Origin: a virus
Taxonomy: Duplodnaviria; Caudoviricetes
Strand: one strand, 5' to 3'
Length of the DNA: 64,000 nucleotides
Virus record (IMG/VR): IMGVR_UViG_3300044981_000214
Every line of letters starts with the position of its first letter. Positions within the stretch are counted from its first letter, which is position 1. The notes under the pieces were generated by a model. That model saw only the letters and a program-made list of their open reading frames with translations, searched no databases and was not told the DNA's origin. Below are positions 26,520 through 36,175 of the stretch, piece after piece. A program made the translations under genes and the position numbers.

Positions 26520-27014
26520 ATGGATGATGCTGATCTCAAGAAGCTAGCGGAATATTTTATTTCCGCGGTGGGTAGCGACAAAGCGACGCTCGCTGAAGGA
26601 GTTTTGAGACTCTTAGCCGAACGCGACGCCTTGAAACTTCGCCAAACTGAATTGCTTGAATTGATCGCTAAGTTAACCCGTGAGACTCCTTACCCAGCAG
26701 AGCTGGACGAATGCCGGTCCGCTCGTGCAGCTTTAACATTACGGTCCGCCGAACGTAATTTGCGTGCTGAAATCGAAACCATGAAAGAGTTGGTCAAAGT
26801 TGCTTGTGAGTGGCGAAAACAGGCGTTTAGAACTCCCATCGGGTTGCCCTTGTTAGACGCAGTCGATAAATATTTAGGAGAACTAAAACCGCTAAGTGAA
26901 TACAAATGCCCTAGCTGCGGCAACGTAGAGATGCGCGACAAGGAAGGCCATTGCTTCAAATGCCCGGGTTACGGCAGTACGTGGATGTATCTCAAGGATG
27001 GTGACGATGCATGA
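26520..27014 (+). CDS. coiled-coil protein with C-terminal zinc ribbon
   Basis: CPSC..CFKC. Confidence 0.6.
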   Translation: MDDADLKKLAEYFISAVGSDKATLAEGVLRLLAERDALKLRQTELLELIAKLTRETPYPAELDECRSARAALTLRSAERNLRAEIETMKELVKVACEWRKQAFRTPIGLPLLDAVDKYLGELKPLSEYKCPSCGNVEMRDKEGHCFKCPGYGSTWMYLKDGDDA

Positions 27015-27351
27015 CGATGAATTGCAGCAACTAGTAGAACAAGCGCTAGCAGATGACCTATTAGCGACACCTGGGCCTTGGGATAGAGATTGGGATTGTA
27101 GCTGGTGGATATGGAATGACTGTAACGATTTCTTTTCACCTATTGAAGGTCGCGCGAACGCTACTTGGATAGCCAATGCTCGCACACGCGAGCCAGTACT
27201 GGCCAACGAGATCGGCAAGTTACTGGACGACAAGAAAAACTTACTCCGCCTGCTTGAACGCGCCTGTACACTGGTGCCCGATCGTTGGCTGTCGTTACAT
27301 GAACGCGAGGAATTCAACGAAATCTTGGCAGCTACAAGACTGACCAAATGA
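26998..27351 (+). CDS. Ead/Ea22-like phage protein
   Basis: ATPGPW...ANATWIANAR. Confidence 0.65.
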   Translation: MVTMHDDELQQLVEQALADDLLATPGPWDRDWDCSWWIWNDCNDFFSPIEGRANATWIANARTREPVLANEIGKLLDDKKNLLRLLERACTLVPDRWLSLHEREEFNEILAATRLTK

Positions 27352-27539
27352 TGATTGGAGTTGATTATTTCGACCTAGGCGTAGCGATGTATCGTCGTGG
27401 AGAACCGTGTCCCAATTACGATGGAATCGCTCTGACGGCTTGGATCATCGACGGATGGAAGCACGCCGCGAAGGTAGCGCAGGAGCCCGGGTACGAATGC
27501 GAGTGTGTGTCGTTCGATCATAAGACTATTCTTCGATGA
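27348..27539 (+). CDS. hypothetical protein
   Basis: coupled; G..CP.Y...W..GW. Confidence 0.5.
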   Translation: MMIGVDYFDLGVAMYRRGEPCPNYDGIALTAWIIDGWKHAAKVAQEPGYECECVSFDHKTILR

Positions 27540-27997
27540 TGATGTCTGTGGCCCAGAAGACGTGCGTAGTCGAGATCCTGACTAGATTTAGCGACCATCA
27601 CCGTAAGCACGGCTATACGCTTCTGACTAGTCGATTGATGGCAGTAAAGTTTGTACCGCATACCTATGAAGGCGTGTTAGTAATGTACCCGGAGGGCTAT
27701 ACGCTAGATGTGTATGAAATTTCTATGTACGATGCCACCGCATTCAGTCTGGGTGCAGCCCGCATTGTCGCGTATGGCCGTGACGACGGACGTACTGGTG
27801 CCTTATTGCCAGCCGCCAAATTAGGGATTCATATAACTCTGCTCGTTAGTCCCAAAAGTGGACTGCCTTTGTCTGGCGATGAGGTCAGAGAAAGAATCAG
27901 TGGAAGGCTATTCACTTGTCCGTGTTCGATTTGCAAAGGGGAGAGCGCTTACATGCCGACAATTTTGTCTCCGATCAAGACTGTTAAGGAGCCTTAA
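27536..27997 (+). CDS. hypothetical protein
   Basis: coupled ORF. Confidence 0.55.
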   Translation: MMMSVAQKTCVVEILTRFSDHHRKHGYTLLTSRLMAVKFVPHTYEGVLVMYPEGYTLDVYEISMYDATAFSLGAARIVAYGRDDGRTGALLPAAKLGIHITLLVSPKSGLPLSGDEVRERISGRLFTCPCSICKGESAYMPTILSPIKTVKEP

Positions 27998-27999
27998 AA

Positions 28000-28374
28000 G
28001 TGCCTGCCTACAATCAAATACAGCAGATTGTTATCGATGTGAGTCCTGAAGGTGCCATGTCTGACATCGTTTTTTCTTTCCATGGCAGTGATCCAAAGCA
28101 AGCACCGATGTGCATAGCCGAGTTTATTCCTGACTCGGCAACGCGGATCAAGTTAGAGAGTCTAGAAATCATGCTAGACAAATGGTTTGCAACCTATAAA
28201 GGCCTATTTAAGTGTGGCAAGCCAACAAAAACCGGGCCTTGTGTCTGTGCTGCAGGACACGATGAATGGGGCTGGTGCCCGTGTGAAAGTAACTCAGAAC
28301 TTGTCTGTTCTGCGTGCGGTCTTAGCTGTGATCATGTAGACCAAGCACACGTATTTTCGGTACAAGCAAAATGA
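28000..28374 (+). CDS. Cys-rich hypothetical protein
   Basis: RBS AAGGAG. Confidence 0.55.
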   Translation: MPAYNQIQQIVIDVSPEGAMSDIVFSFHGSDPKQAPMCIAEFIPDSATRIKLESLEIMLDKWFATYKGLFKCGKPTKTGPCVCAAGHDEWGWCPCESNSELVCSACGLSCDHVDQAHVFSVQAK

Positions 28375-28853
28375 TTTGTCTTGAATGCAACGAAGTTTTC
28401 GCGCCTAGAATTTGCAAATGCGCGGGCGCAAGTCTAGGAAAGCGGTCCATTTGCAACGATTGTTGCGATTGTGGTGCAGCTACGATGACCTTTGAAGATC
28501 GTTTGGCAAAAATAGACAACCTGCACGAAAAATCCTTGGAAGCGTTTGTAAATCTGCAATTTTGCCCTCATTGTGATCAGCCGCGGGCAACCGCACCCGA
28601 GCACACGCCATGCCTCCCTATTAACTGTCCGACCTGTGATAATTTCTGTCACGGACTATTTGAAAACGGCGTGTGTACTAACCCTCCTGGACGCTCGGCA
28701 CCAGGAAAACGTAGGCTATTAAATCACATTGTACAGCTCGCTGTAGCGATCAAGAACTGTGACGGCAGCTATGAGAATCTCAAGCGCCTCACAACCGAGA
28801 TGAATAAGGTCACCGCTGAGTACATGAAATCTCCCGAGGACGAAAATGCTTAA
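28371..28853 (+). CDS. Cys-rich zinc-binding protein
   Basis: CPHC..CPTCDNFC..LFENGVCTNP, shared with 35148..35447. Confidence 0.65.
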   Translation: MICLECNEVFAPRICKCAGASLGKRSICNDCCDCGAATMTFEDRLAKIDNLHEKSLEAFVNLQFCPHCDQPRATAPEHTPCLPINCPTCDNFCHGLFENGVCTNPPGRSAPGKRRLLNHIVQLAVAIKNCDGSYENLKRLTTEMNKVTAEYMKSPEDENA

Positions 28854-29334
28854 GCTAACCCAAACTAGCCTCTACCCCAAAGGCAACTGCTGGCAGACAG
28901 CTGTAGCCTGTCTACTCGATATACCGGCTGAACAATTGCCATCTCAAGCCGATAGCTATTACTCGAAAATAGACAGGGATTCAGGCGAGACTACCTGGCA
29001 CATGAACTACAATAACAGGCTTCAAGCCTACCTGAAAAAGCACCACAAGCTTGCATATATCGAGCTATGGCAGCCCCAAGAGGCGTTATCTCAATTGCGT
29101 ATTGTTGGATATCACCTGATGTCTGGGACGACAGTACGTAGCGCTGCCTACGGTGGCCAACGGCATATCGTTGTTGGTTACGAAGGCAAGGTATTTTGGG
29201 ACCCTCACCCCAGCCAAGCGGGCTTGTTAGACGAAATCAGATGGGCTGTATTGTGCCCATTCCCACCTTCATGGGAACGGTATCAAAACGATGCGTGTGA
29301 ATGTCTGGCGTGCGTTGGCGAACCGAAACAATAA
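28846..29334 (+). CDS. papain/C39-like fold phage protein
   Basis: GNCWQTAVACLL...HIVV..G..FWDPHP. Confidence 0.55.
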   Translation: MLKLTQTSLYPKGNCWQTAVACLLDIPAEQLPSQADSYYSKIDRDSGETTWHMNYNNRLQAYLKKHHKLAYIELWQPQEALSQLRIVGYHLMSGTTVRSAAYGGQRHIVVGYEGKVFWDPHPSQAGLLDEIRWAVLCPFPPSWERYQNDACECLACVGEPKQ

Positions 29335-29336
29335 AC

Positions 29337-29612
29337 ATGAAAGATACCCCTACAACTGAGCTGGTTACTCGTGCTGTCGAGTATGCATTAGATGCTGCTT
29401 TAGGAGAAGTTCACCGTCAGGTCGGTGAAATGGGACATGTACTGAAAGAAGCTAGGGGCGCTGGTATGGACGCTGCACAGCTGTACATCGACCAAACAAG
29501 AATCAAGATCAGGGGCGAAGACTTCGCCTGCGAAGAGTGCGGCAAGCTTCAGGGATCACACTTGGATAATGGCTGGTATAGATGCAGCAATTGTGGTTAT
29601 CCTAGTAAGTAA
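29337..29612 (+). CDS. zinc-ribbon protein
   Basis: CEEC...CSNCGYP. Confidence 0.55.
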   Translation: MKDTPTTELVTRAVEYALDAALGEVHRQVGEMGHVLKEARGAGMDAAQLYIDQTRIKIRGEDFACEECGKLQGSHLDNGWYRCSNCGYPSK

Positions 29613-29616
29613 TCTC

Positions 29617-29642
29617 GAAATAATTCGTCTTGGTTAGGCGTA
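29617..29642 (+). promoter_or_regulatory. GAAATA-N15-GCGTA promoter
   Basis: GAAATA ATTCGTCTTGGTTAG GCGTA. Confidence 0.65.
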
Positions 29643-29736
29643 GACCTGATGGCAGGTATGCGCTAGAAGCTTTGTCGGCCCTAGTATCAACTAGGGAACA
29701 GAAATAAAACCCTGGATACACGTCATCCAGGCAGTT

Positions 29737-29955
29737 ATGAACTTGACCGGCTACTATGAATCACGAGGTAAACGACGAACAAAGAAAATAGCCCGTGCTA
29801 AGCGACTACGTCTACGACGTGCAGCTAAACGTGAGCTAAATAAAAATGAGGGCGTCGCGGGTGACTCTTACGCTGACACCTACCCGAGTGGCGTCAGACC
29901 CTCAAAAACAAAACAGCCGCCGAGAGAGAGAGAGCTTGCTGCGTTTCCGCAGTAG
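29737..29955 (+). CDS. small Arg/Lys-rich protein
   Basis: ORF downstream of the promoter. Confidence 0.4.
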   Translation: MNLTGYYESRGKRRTKKIARAKRLRLRRAAKRELNKNEGVAGDSYADTYPSGVRPSKTKQPPRERELAAFPQ

Positions 29956-29972
29956 AGGCCCGGCGGCTTTGT

Positions 29973-30371
29973 TTAGATATTGCCAGCGGGCGTCTTAAAG
30001 GTCGCACCATTGGCGTATTTCGCCCGGTAGTACTCAAGCGTTGCGTGAGCGTAAAACGCCTCGTCGACAACCGCGCCCGATCCCGAACCAAGCGCATGTG
30101 GCGTCACGCCAAACCACTGCTGAGAGAACTCAGCCAGTGCACAACCACCGATGCCTTCACCGGCATTGACAGCGTCTTGCTCGATTGCAGACCAGTTGGG
30201 CGCTCCACCGATAATCATGTTCTTGAACTGATTTAAAAGGTCAGCGATTGGTGCCAGGTTCTGGGTCGTGCAGTCAACCAGGGTCACCAGCGCAGCAGGC
30301 GGGTTGGTGCAGCTGACAGTAGAAGCTGGGACAGCGGCAAGAAGTATAACGGGGAGGACGAATGTCTTCAT
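29973..30371 (-). CDS. putative lipoprotein/secreted protein
   Basis: MKTFVLPVILLAAVPASTVSC signal; TGC-TACGCT-N7-ATG. Confidence 0.65.
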   Translation of the reverse strand: MKTFVLPVILLAAVPASTVSCTNPPAALVTLVDCTTQNLAPIADLLNQFKNMIIGGAPNWSAIEQDAVNAGEGIGGCALAEFSQQWFGVTPHALGSGSGAVVDEAFYAHATLEYYRAKYANGATFKTPAGNI

Positions 30372-30433
30372 GGCTAAGAGCGTAGCACAATTTCTTCGTT
30401 GATGTATCAAGCATTAATCGTTATAACTCGGCG

Positions 30434-30787
30434 ATGCATGAGACGGTTCCTCGATATGATCTTGCTCGCGTGGCCAACACAATTTTGTTAGAGCTTGTCC
30501 CTACTGAACCTCGGCTAATAACCGAAGTAGTTAACTCTCTTGGCACACGAGTGTCGGCCATATCAGAATTTCATCCAACCTTTGATTTTTCTTATTGGGG
30601 GCGTGGGACAGTCGTCGAGATAGTTAGGTTCCTACATGGTACAGGGTTAGTTAAGATAGAAGCCCATGAGGAAGATTTGGTCCTTTGGGATGATGTAAAG
30701 ATTTCTCTAACGGCTGAAGGTACTGATTATATCTATAGAGCCCGTAACGAACTAACTGAAGTTTTTAACAGCCTTGGGGCGATATGA
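30434..30787 (+). CDS. winged-helix-like protein
   Basis: LH..GLV...ISLTAEG..Y. Confidence 0.55.
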   Translation: MHETVPRYDLARVANTILLELVPTEPRLITEVVNSLGTRVSAISEFHPTFDFSYWGRGTVVEIVRFLHGTGLVKIEAHEEDLVLWDDVKISLTAEGTDYIYRARNELTEVFNSLGAI

Positions 30788-31056
30788 CTGCCGGTGAAGT
30801 TCCTCCATCGAGCCACGTCCGTTGTGGCTGTCCTGACTGTTGTGTCGCAGCCAACGCTGCGCTTGCACCGTCACCTGACTGGCCTATGGATGTGAGTAAC
30901 GGTCGACTACTGTGCACGCCCGAACGACCACGACCAGCTGATGCTAAGGGTCGTTGGGCGCATCGTGATATAGAAAATACTCACGCGGGTGACTACACCG
31001 ATGACTGGCGGTGCAAAGCTTGCGGCGTGGAATGGGCTGAGGAATTGGCAGAATGA
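30784..31056 (+). CDS. Cys-rich hypothetical protein
   Basis: coupled; RCKACG. Confidence 0.55.
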   Translation: MTAGEVPPSSHVRCGCPDCCVAANAALAPSPDWPMDVSNGRLLCTPERPRPADAKGRWAHRDIENTHAGDYTDDWRCKACGVEWAEELAE

Positions 31057-31382
31057 ACAACAAACAGGTTATCGAGGACTGGCGTTTGCTCGTCAATAGC
31101 TGGCGAAAGACTCACGACGAACAGACACAGATTAAAGTTGCCCGAATGCAATTTCTTGGCATAACGAAAATACGCGCCGAAACGCTTACAACCATTCCTC
31201 AACTACTTCCTCGTGCACGGGCACTGCACCGCTATTGGCCTATAGACTGGCCAAGAGAATGGTGGCTAGTAAGACTATTATGTAGGCTAGTAGATCGTGT
31301 ATTTGCGCCCTTTGATATATTGAAGGCCAAGTACGAGGTCAGGCTTGATAAGACAGACAACCACTGGAATGAATACAAATGA
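31053..31382 (+). CDS. hypothetical protein
   Basis: coupled. Confidence 0.55.
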   Translation: MNNKQVIEDWRLLVNSWRKTHDEQTQIKVARMQFLGITKIRAETLTTIPQLLPRARALHRYWPIDWPREWWLVRLLCRLVDRVFAPFDILKAKYEVRLDKTDNHWNEYK

Positions 31383-31657
31383 CAACAGATGAACTAAAGA
31401 CCAAATGCCGTGATTGGCCTAACGTTACTACCAACTCCTATACCGGCGACCCGCTCGTAGCACTTGGGCACGCGCGAGCTGCCTTTATGGGCATCGTGTC
31501 CAATTTTCTTGCGCCAGACTACGTCACCAACAAGCTCAAGCTCGCGCGCGAAATGAAAGTAGCACAGACGACTGTCGATCGCTGGGCACGTGGTATTTCT
31601 ATGCCAAATATCGGCGTCATGACGCTGATCGTAACGACAATTGAAAGGATGATTTAA
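31379..31657 (+). CDS. XRE-type HTH protein
   Basis: LAREMKVAQTTVDRWARGISMP. Confidence 0.7.
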   Translation: MTTDELKTKCRDWPNVTTNSYTGDPLVALGHARAAFMGIVSNFLAPDYVTNKLKLAREMKVAQTTVDRWARGISMPNIGVMTLIVTTIERMI

Positions 31658-31908
31658 CGCCGTCTAGGCCGTCTATTACCTAAGTCTGGAGTCACATTGA
31701 CTAGACACGTTTTCTCAAATCGTTGCCTCAGATTCTGCGTCCGATCGCCATTAGACGTGTGGCTTGAATCCAGATTTGAACGGCCTACTTCTTTGGCTAG
31801 CATAAGCCAGTTGTAGAAAGCGGTCCCACACGCACCCTTATCGAGGCTCGCATCTATTTTATTGGCTATGGTATGTATCTTTGCCCACGCTTTAGACGAT
31901 CTGGCCAT
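31654..31908 (-). CDS. small protein with LG-polyArg tail
   Basis: ends DLGNRRPRRR. Confidence 0.55.
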   Translation of the reverse strand: MARSSKAWAKIHTIANKIDASLDKGACGTAFYNWLMLAKEVGRSNLDSSHTSNGDRTQNLRQRFEKTCLVNVTPDLGNRRPRRR

Positions 31909-31947
31909 TTTTTATTATTTCACGAAAAAAAAAAAAAGGAAACAACA

Positions 31948-33183
31948 ATGAGTGGAGCTGATTCAGATTACGATGATTTTTGTGCTGGCGGTTGTGGACG
32001 CATAACTCGTCGAGGACGAGCTTGCGCGCGTTGTTTGGAAGATCGTGAACGCAAGATCAAGCAAGACGAACCTCCTGACTACGTTCCTTGTGTCAGTATG
32101 GACGGAGCAACAACACTACAGAATTTTTGTCAGCTCACAACGCGAGAAACACAGCACATCCTTTCTAACGAACAGCTAAGAAATATCGGCGTACCTATCG
32201 TCGAACAGGAAGTGCTTGCTAGTGATGTGTTAGCGAGTCTACAGCCAATACCCGCTGGTTTACCTTCTGGTTGGGATGATCTCGATGCGGCGCTCAACGG
32301 CGGATTCCGTCCAGGCCTTTATGTACTCACTGGCGGTACTTCTGTAGGCAAATCGGCGTTAGCTATCGCTATCGCGCGCAGCGTTGGTAGTCCCTCGCGC
32401 CATCAGCCAACAACTATCATTGCCGCTGAACTAGGCAAGAACGAAACCGTTGCACGCTTGGTCGCACCGTTGGCTATAACACCGTGGCTAAACGTTCTTG
32501 AGAGCGCTGGCTCGACAGTCTTTGCTGCCAGCACCGGGCATTTACTAGACGGCTATACGATATCGTTATTAGATATCGATCCCAGCCAAGATGCTGATGC
32601 ACAGCTGGCAGCCCTCAAGCCGTGTCGATTGCTAGTTGTGGATTACTTGCAATACTGGGCTCGGCTAGAATCCGGCGAGCCAAGTCGTTCTGGCGTTGCA
32701 CACATGAGCCACAAGTTGTCAGCCTGGGCCGTAAGAAATAACACGACCGTGTTGGCTATTTCTGACATCGCGAGGCATTTCTACGACACCGACGAACGTA
32801 AGACGTCAGCTTCGGCGTTGGTAGGAGCCCCTAAAGACGCTGGCGAGGTCGAGTATGATGCAGCCGGCATGTTGCATCTGGACGCTGAAGTCGGCGATCC
32901 GTTCGTTCGGGTCCGGGTTAGTAAGCATAAGTTCGGTCCTCGTGATGGCCGTGTTGGCTTCAAGTTCGACCCTGAATTGAATACTTTCACGCCAGATACG
33001 TTGATTGGCGAAGATGCGCTATACGGAAAAGTCTTAAAAGCCGTGCGAGACGGCTACACGACTGTAGTTGCGATCAGGGATTTTCTTGAAATCAAGAAAG
33101 AACGCCTTGTTGCTGTAGTAGCCAAACTGATCAAGCAAGGCCAACTGAAGCGGGTCAAGAATCAGTTGCAGGTCGTTGAATAG
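31948..33183 (+). CDS. DnaB/RecA-like SF4 helicase
   Basis: PSGWDDLDAALNGG, GGTSVGKS (Walker A), LLVVDYLQ (Walker B), GEVEYDA, KHKFG. Confidence 0.85.
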   Translation: MSGADSDYDDFCAGGCGRITRRGRACARCLEDRERKIKQDEPPDYVPCVSMDGATTLQNFCQLTTRETQHILSNEQLRNIGVPIVEQEVLASDVLASLQPIPAGLPSGWDDLDAALNGGFRPGLYVLTGGTSVGKSALAIAIARSVGSPSRHQPTTIIAAELGKNETVARLVAPLAITPWLNVLESAGSTVFAASTGHLLDGYTISLLDIDPSQDADAQLAALKPCRLLVVDYLQYWARLESGEPSRSGVAHMSHKLSAWAVRNNTTVLAISDIARHFYDTDERKTSASALVGAPKDAGEVEYDAAGMLHLDAEVGDPFVRVRVSKHKFGPRDGRVGFKFDPELNTFTPDTLIGEDALYGKVLKAVRDGYTTVVAIRDFLEIKKERLVAVVAKLIKQGQLKRVKNQLQVVE

Positions 33184-33189
33184 TAGCCT

Positions 33190-33705
33190 AGGCTATTATT
33201 AGCTCGTCTACCCAACGGTATAAGGAGTCCCGAGGCCGTCATCGTAAGGTGGCGGCTTCGAATTTTTGGGCCCGGTTTTTGCGGTCAATAAGATCGCGAA
33301 TTTTGGTCGTGTTCCCGAAAAGGGACCGCTTCTTACAAGTACTTATTTATATTAAGAAAATCTGCCGTTTTCTTGGTAGTGTTCCCAGAAAACGCGGGTT
33401 AGGCCTGTTTTTCTGTCGTAGTTGCCTAGGCTTAAGCCTATGAAATCACTAATAAAAAAGCACTATTGAACGGGAACATTTGCGGACCCCAAAAGGGGGT
33501 GTTTAACACACCCTTTAGGGTAGGCCGGAACACTTCTACCTGGGCCTCTGGCCTAGCTCGACTTTCGTCCGGCAGGCCTTTCTGGGCTGCCTAGGAGGCC
33601 CTCAGGGCGCGTTTTGGATGTTTTGGCTATCCAGGGACGCTTCAGAGAAGAAAACACAGTGGCGAGCCTAAAGCGCAACACGTGAAGATGCTCGTTTCGA
33701 ACAAG
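33190..33705. other. origin-like non-coding region
   Basis: longest gene-free stretch; repeated TGTTCC/GGAACA, AT-rich patches, palindromes; follows the helicase. Confidence 0.45.
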
Positions 33706-33745
33706 AAAAATAGCTCTGTTCCCTAGGTTCGGGAACAGAGCTTTT
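33706..33745. terminator. bidirectional terminator-like hairpin
   Basis: A5..AGCTCTGTTCCC taggttc GGGAACAGAGCT TTT at the convergence of the + and - gene blocks. Confidence 0.7.
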
Positions 33746-33779
33746 GTGCTGCTTAACGCTGCGCGTAATTGGCTACAAT

Positions 33780-33989
33780 TTAACCCTCTTCGTACGGTCC
33801 TGCCTTGATACGCTGAAGCTTCACTTGCTCACGTGGAAATGACACGATCTCGCCGCCAACCTGGCATAGGTAGTAACCGTCACTGGACGGTCCCGCAACC
33901 AGAGTTCCAATAATGCGGTAAAAAAGGTCACGTGCGTTGTACACATTACCCAGCCAACCAATCAGAATGCTGTAATTTGCGTTCTTCAT
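33780..33989 (-). CDS. SH3-like small protein (start revised by promoter motif)
   Basis: leaderless ATG 9 nt after GCGTT. Confidence 0.55.
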   Translation of the reverse strand: MKNANYSILIGWLGNVYNARDLFYRIIGTLVAGPSSDGYYLCQVGGEIVSFPREQVKLQRIKAGPYEEG

Positions 33990-34024
33990 GAGAGATGAAA
34001 CGCTTATCGAGGCGTTACTATTTC
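33990..34024 (-). promoter_or_regulatory. GAAATA-N15-GCGTT promoter
   Basis: GAAATA GTAACGCCTCGATAA GCGTT TCATCTCTC ATG. Confidence 0.7.
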
Positions 34025-34027
34025 CTG

Positions 34028-34210
34028 TCACCACAGTGAACCGCCAATCACACGCCCGGTCAAGACAACTGAAGCAGCGTTAGCGTAGCGGTTGCCCTGC
34101 ACAAACAGTCCAGCAATACGGCGCAAATAGCGAACGGTGGTGGTCTCGATAGGCTTCATGAATGACATTCCTCTGTATTGGCGGAGAACGTTTGACACCT
34201 GTGCGCTCAC
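34028..34210 (-). CDS. hypothetical protein
   Basis: coupled. Confidence 0.4.
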   Translation of the reverse strand: MSAQVSNVLRQYRGMSFMKPIETTTVRYLRRIAGLFVQGNRYANAASVVLTGRVIGGSLW

Positions 34211-34524
34211 GACTCCACGTCCTTGGGGAAATCAGTACGGTCGAAGGCGTACGTCCGGCACTCATACCGCGTGATTCCGATGCCTCCGCCGTTGCTCACG
34301 TACACGAACACGCACGGCCGGATCTCGTAGAGGGTGAACGCCTTGCCGTCGATCCCGCTAAACGAGCGGATGAGGTGCGGAGGAAGCCCGCCCACATGCG
34401 TCTCGACGCCGAGCATTGCATCGTACTCGAAACGATCGACGCTCACGATGGCGTCTAGGATCCGCTCGACCAGCACGCGGCTGGCCTTGGTACGCGTGGA
34501 GAACATCGTGTAGGTCCTCATCAT
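34207..34524 (-). CDS. hypothetical protein (leaderless)
   Basis: ATG 8 nt after GCGTA. Confidence 0.65.
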   Translation of the reverse strand: MMRTYTMFSTRTKASRVLVERILDAIVSVDRFEYDAMLGVETHVGGLPPHLIRSFSGIDGKAFTLYEIRPCVFVYVSNGGGIGITRYECRTYAFDRTDFPKDVES

Positions 34525-34558
34525 GGCTATAATACGCCCTAGTGGACGGAGCTATTTC
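34525..34558 (-). promoter_or_regulatory. GAAATA-N15-GCGTA promoter
   Basis: GAAATA GCTCCGTCCACTAGG GCGTA TTATAGCC ATG. Confidence 0.8.
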
Positions 34559-34597
34559 AGGTACTGTAACTAGCTGTAATTGGCTAATATTCAACCA

Positions 34598-34996
34598 TTA
34601 CTTAGGCTCAGCCCCATGTTCGCCAATAACCATGACGTTATTGGCTACAGCCGCACCTTCTACGCCTACAGCGATTAACGGCATAAGTGGGTGTACACGA
34701 AATAGCCCGTACTCCAGCGCCATGCCGGCTGCCAAACACAGCACCAGAACGCCAGCATTAGGCGTATACCCAAGTAGCGGGTCCAGTTCACGGGCCCGTC
34801 CGGTCCATGTTCCACCATTCGACACGATTAGCGTAGTCGTTGTATCCGCAGCAGTTACTGCCCACGCAGCCCACAGAACAACGCCATCTTCTGAGAAAAC
34901 GCGAGGGTGTCGGTGAAGGGTATCAGCTTTGGAGGGACCGCCAAACGTACCTGCACAGCTAGAAATTAGAAGGACTAGAACAACTGTCGACTTCAT
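34598..34996 (-). CDS. membrane lipoprotein
   Basis: LLISSC lipobox; AD..TT...E..PLLG; hydrophobic segments. Confidence 0.65.
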   Translation of the reverse strand: MKSTVVLVLLISSCAGTFGGPSKADTLHRHPRVFSEDGVVLWAAWAVTAADTTTTLIVSNGGTWTGRARELDPLLGYTPNAGVLVLCLAAGMALEYGLFRVHPLMPLIAVGVEGAAVANNVMVIGEHGAEPK

Positions 34997-35147
34997 GACT
35001 TAGGCACTCTCATAAGTGTCTTTGCTAAACACTCGAAGCAGACCCACAACCCGCCACCTAGATAATGGGCTCGCACGGTACGATCGCCATGACCGCAGAG
35101 CCGTGCACCAGGGTCATAGTCGACGTCTTTATTTTTCTTGGTAACTT

Positions 35148-35447
35148 TCATGCCTTCATCTCACGAATCTTGTGTGCCAACACGACAAGACGATCGGCTG
35201 TCGGGCCCGAATGATGTGCACTAGCTGCATCCATGAGCGCATCGTGGATATCGCGCCAATCGTCAGCTGTAAAGTTTGGAAAGACGCGATCCGTTTTCTT
35301 ACACGGATTCGTGCACACGCCGTTTTCGAATAACGAATAGCAAAAATTATCACACATAGGACAATCGACAGTAAGGCAATCGTCATGTGCAGCTTCGGCT
35401 GCGAATGGCTGACGGCAGTGCGGGCACGTTGAGGCAGAGTAACTCAC
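35148..35447 (-). CDS. Cys-rich protein, paralogue of a domain in 28371..28853
   Basis: CPHC..CPMCDNFCYSLFENGVCTNP. Confidence 0.65.
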   Translation of the reverse strand: MSYSASTCPHCRQPFAAEAAHDDCLTVDCPMCDNFCYSLFENGVCTNPCKKTDRVFPNFTADDWRDIHDALMDAASAHHSGPTADRLVVLAHKIREMKA

Positions 35448-35644
35448 GACCGTGCCCTCGATTTAACGGTCTCGGACATGAAACCGACAAAGTCCCAAAC
35501 ATCAGAGCACCCAATTTCGTTGGTGCCTGTGTCAACCCAGATCATGCCGTTAGCCTCTTCGGTAATAGCGAACCGGAACTGCTTGGCAGTCAGGAAGGCC
35601 CAGGTAACACCCTTGCGGCGGTCATCATCTCGTGTGTTGCGCAT
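35444..35644 (-). CDS. hypothetical protein (leaderless)
   Basis: promoter motif. Confidence 0.6.
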   Translation of the reverse strand: MRNTRDDDRRKGVTWAFLTAKQFRFAITEEANGMIWVDTGTNEIGCSDVWDFVGFMSETVKSRARS

Positions 35645-35678
35645 GGCTAATATATGCCTGAGGGTAAATAGCTATTCC
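35645..35678 (-). promoter_or_regulatory. GGAATA-N15-GCATA promoter variant
   Basis: GGAATA GCTATTTACCCTCAG GCATA TATTAGCC ATG. Confidence 0.7.
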
Positions 35679-35704
35679 AGGTCAGCTAACTACCTGAACA
35701 TATT

Positions 35705-36139
35705 CTAGATCAAACTACGTTTCCGCCGGGCCGCGTCCGTGTTATGTGGACGAGCGTCGTCGTGACCCCACTTGTCGAAACAGTGTGCACACTCATGGGT
35801 CGTCTTGAAGTTCTCCTCGTCAAGTACAGCCTGTTCAAGCTGTGCGAACCACCAGCGCAGGTTCCAACGCCGAGAAATAGGGTGCGGGATGTTAGAGGAT
35901 TGGAACTCACCGTAACCCAGCACCTGCAAGCCGCGCATGACGCCAAACGCCTCACCGTAGTAGCCGTCGGTGACATCGAACGTCACTTCCTTGGTGTCGT
36001 ACTTGCCCTGGTTTCGCATGCAATCACGGGCTGCGTGAAGCATCATCTTGACTTCGGACTCGATCTTTAGGATCTGCGCATCCGAAAGTCGAAGGAAGCG
36101 AATATCTTCAAACCGCTTAATGGTCTTGTTGGTCTTCAT
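35705..36139 (-). CDS. hypothetical phage protein (leaderless)
   Basis: GYYGEAFGVMRGL..LGYG; promoter motif. Confidence 0.7.
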   Translation of the reverse strand: MKTNKTIKRFEDIRFLRLSDAQILKIESEVKMMLHAARDCMRNQGKYDTKEVTFDVTDGYYGEAFGVMRGLQVLGYGEFQSSNIPHPISRRWNLRWWFAQLEQAVLDEENFKTTHECAHCFDKWGHDDARPHNTDAARRKRSLI

Positions 36140-36173
36140 GGCTAATATACGCCTGACAGGGAACCACTATTTC
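36140..36173 (-). promoter_or_regulatory. GAAATA-N15-GCGTA promoter
   Basis: GAAATA GTGGTTCCCTGTCAG GCGTA TATTAGCC ATG. Confidence 0.8.
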
Positions 36174-36175
36174 GT

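Noticed and set aside
31873-31947. N-terminal extension of the helicase through a poly-A tract
   Set aside because: It overlaps a divergent gene. AAGGA before the ATG at 31948 marks the more likely start.
33249-33443. 64-aa ORF in the origin-like region
   Set aside because: Composition is not protein-like, and it overlaps the repeats and AT-rich tracts.
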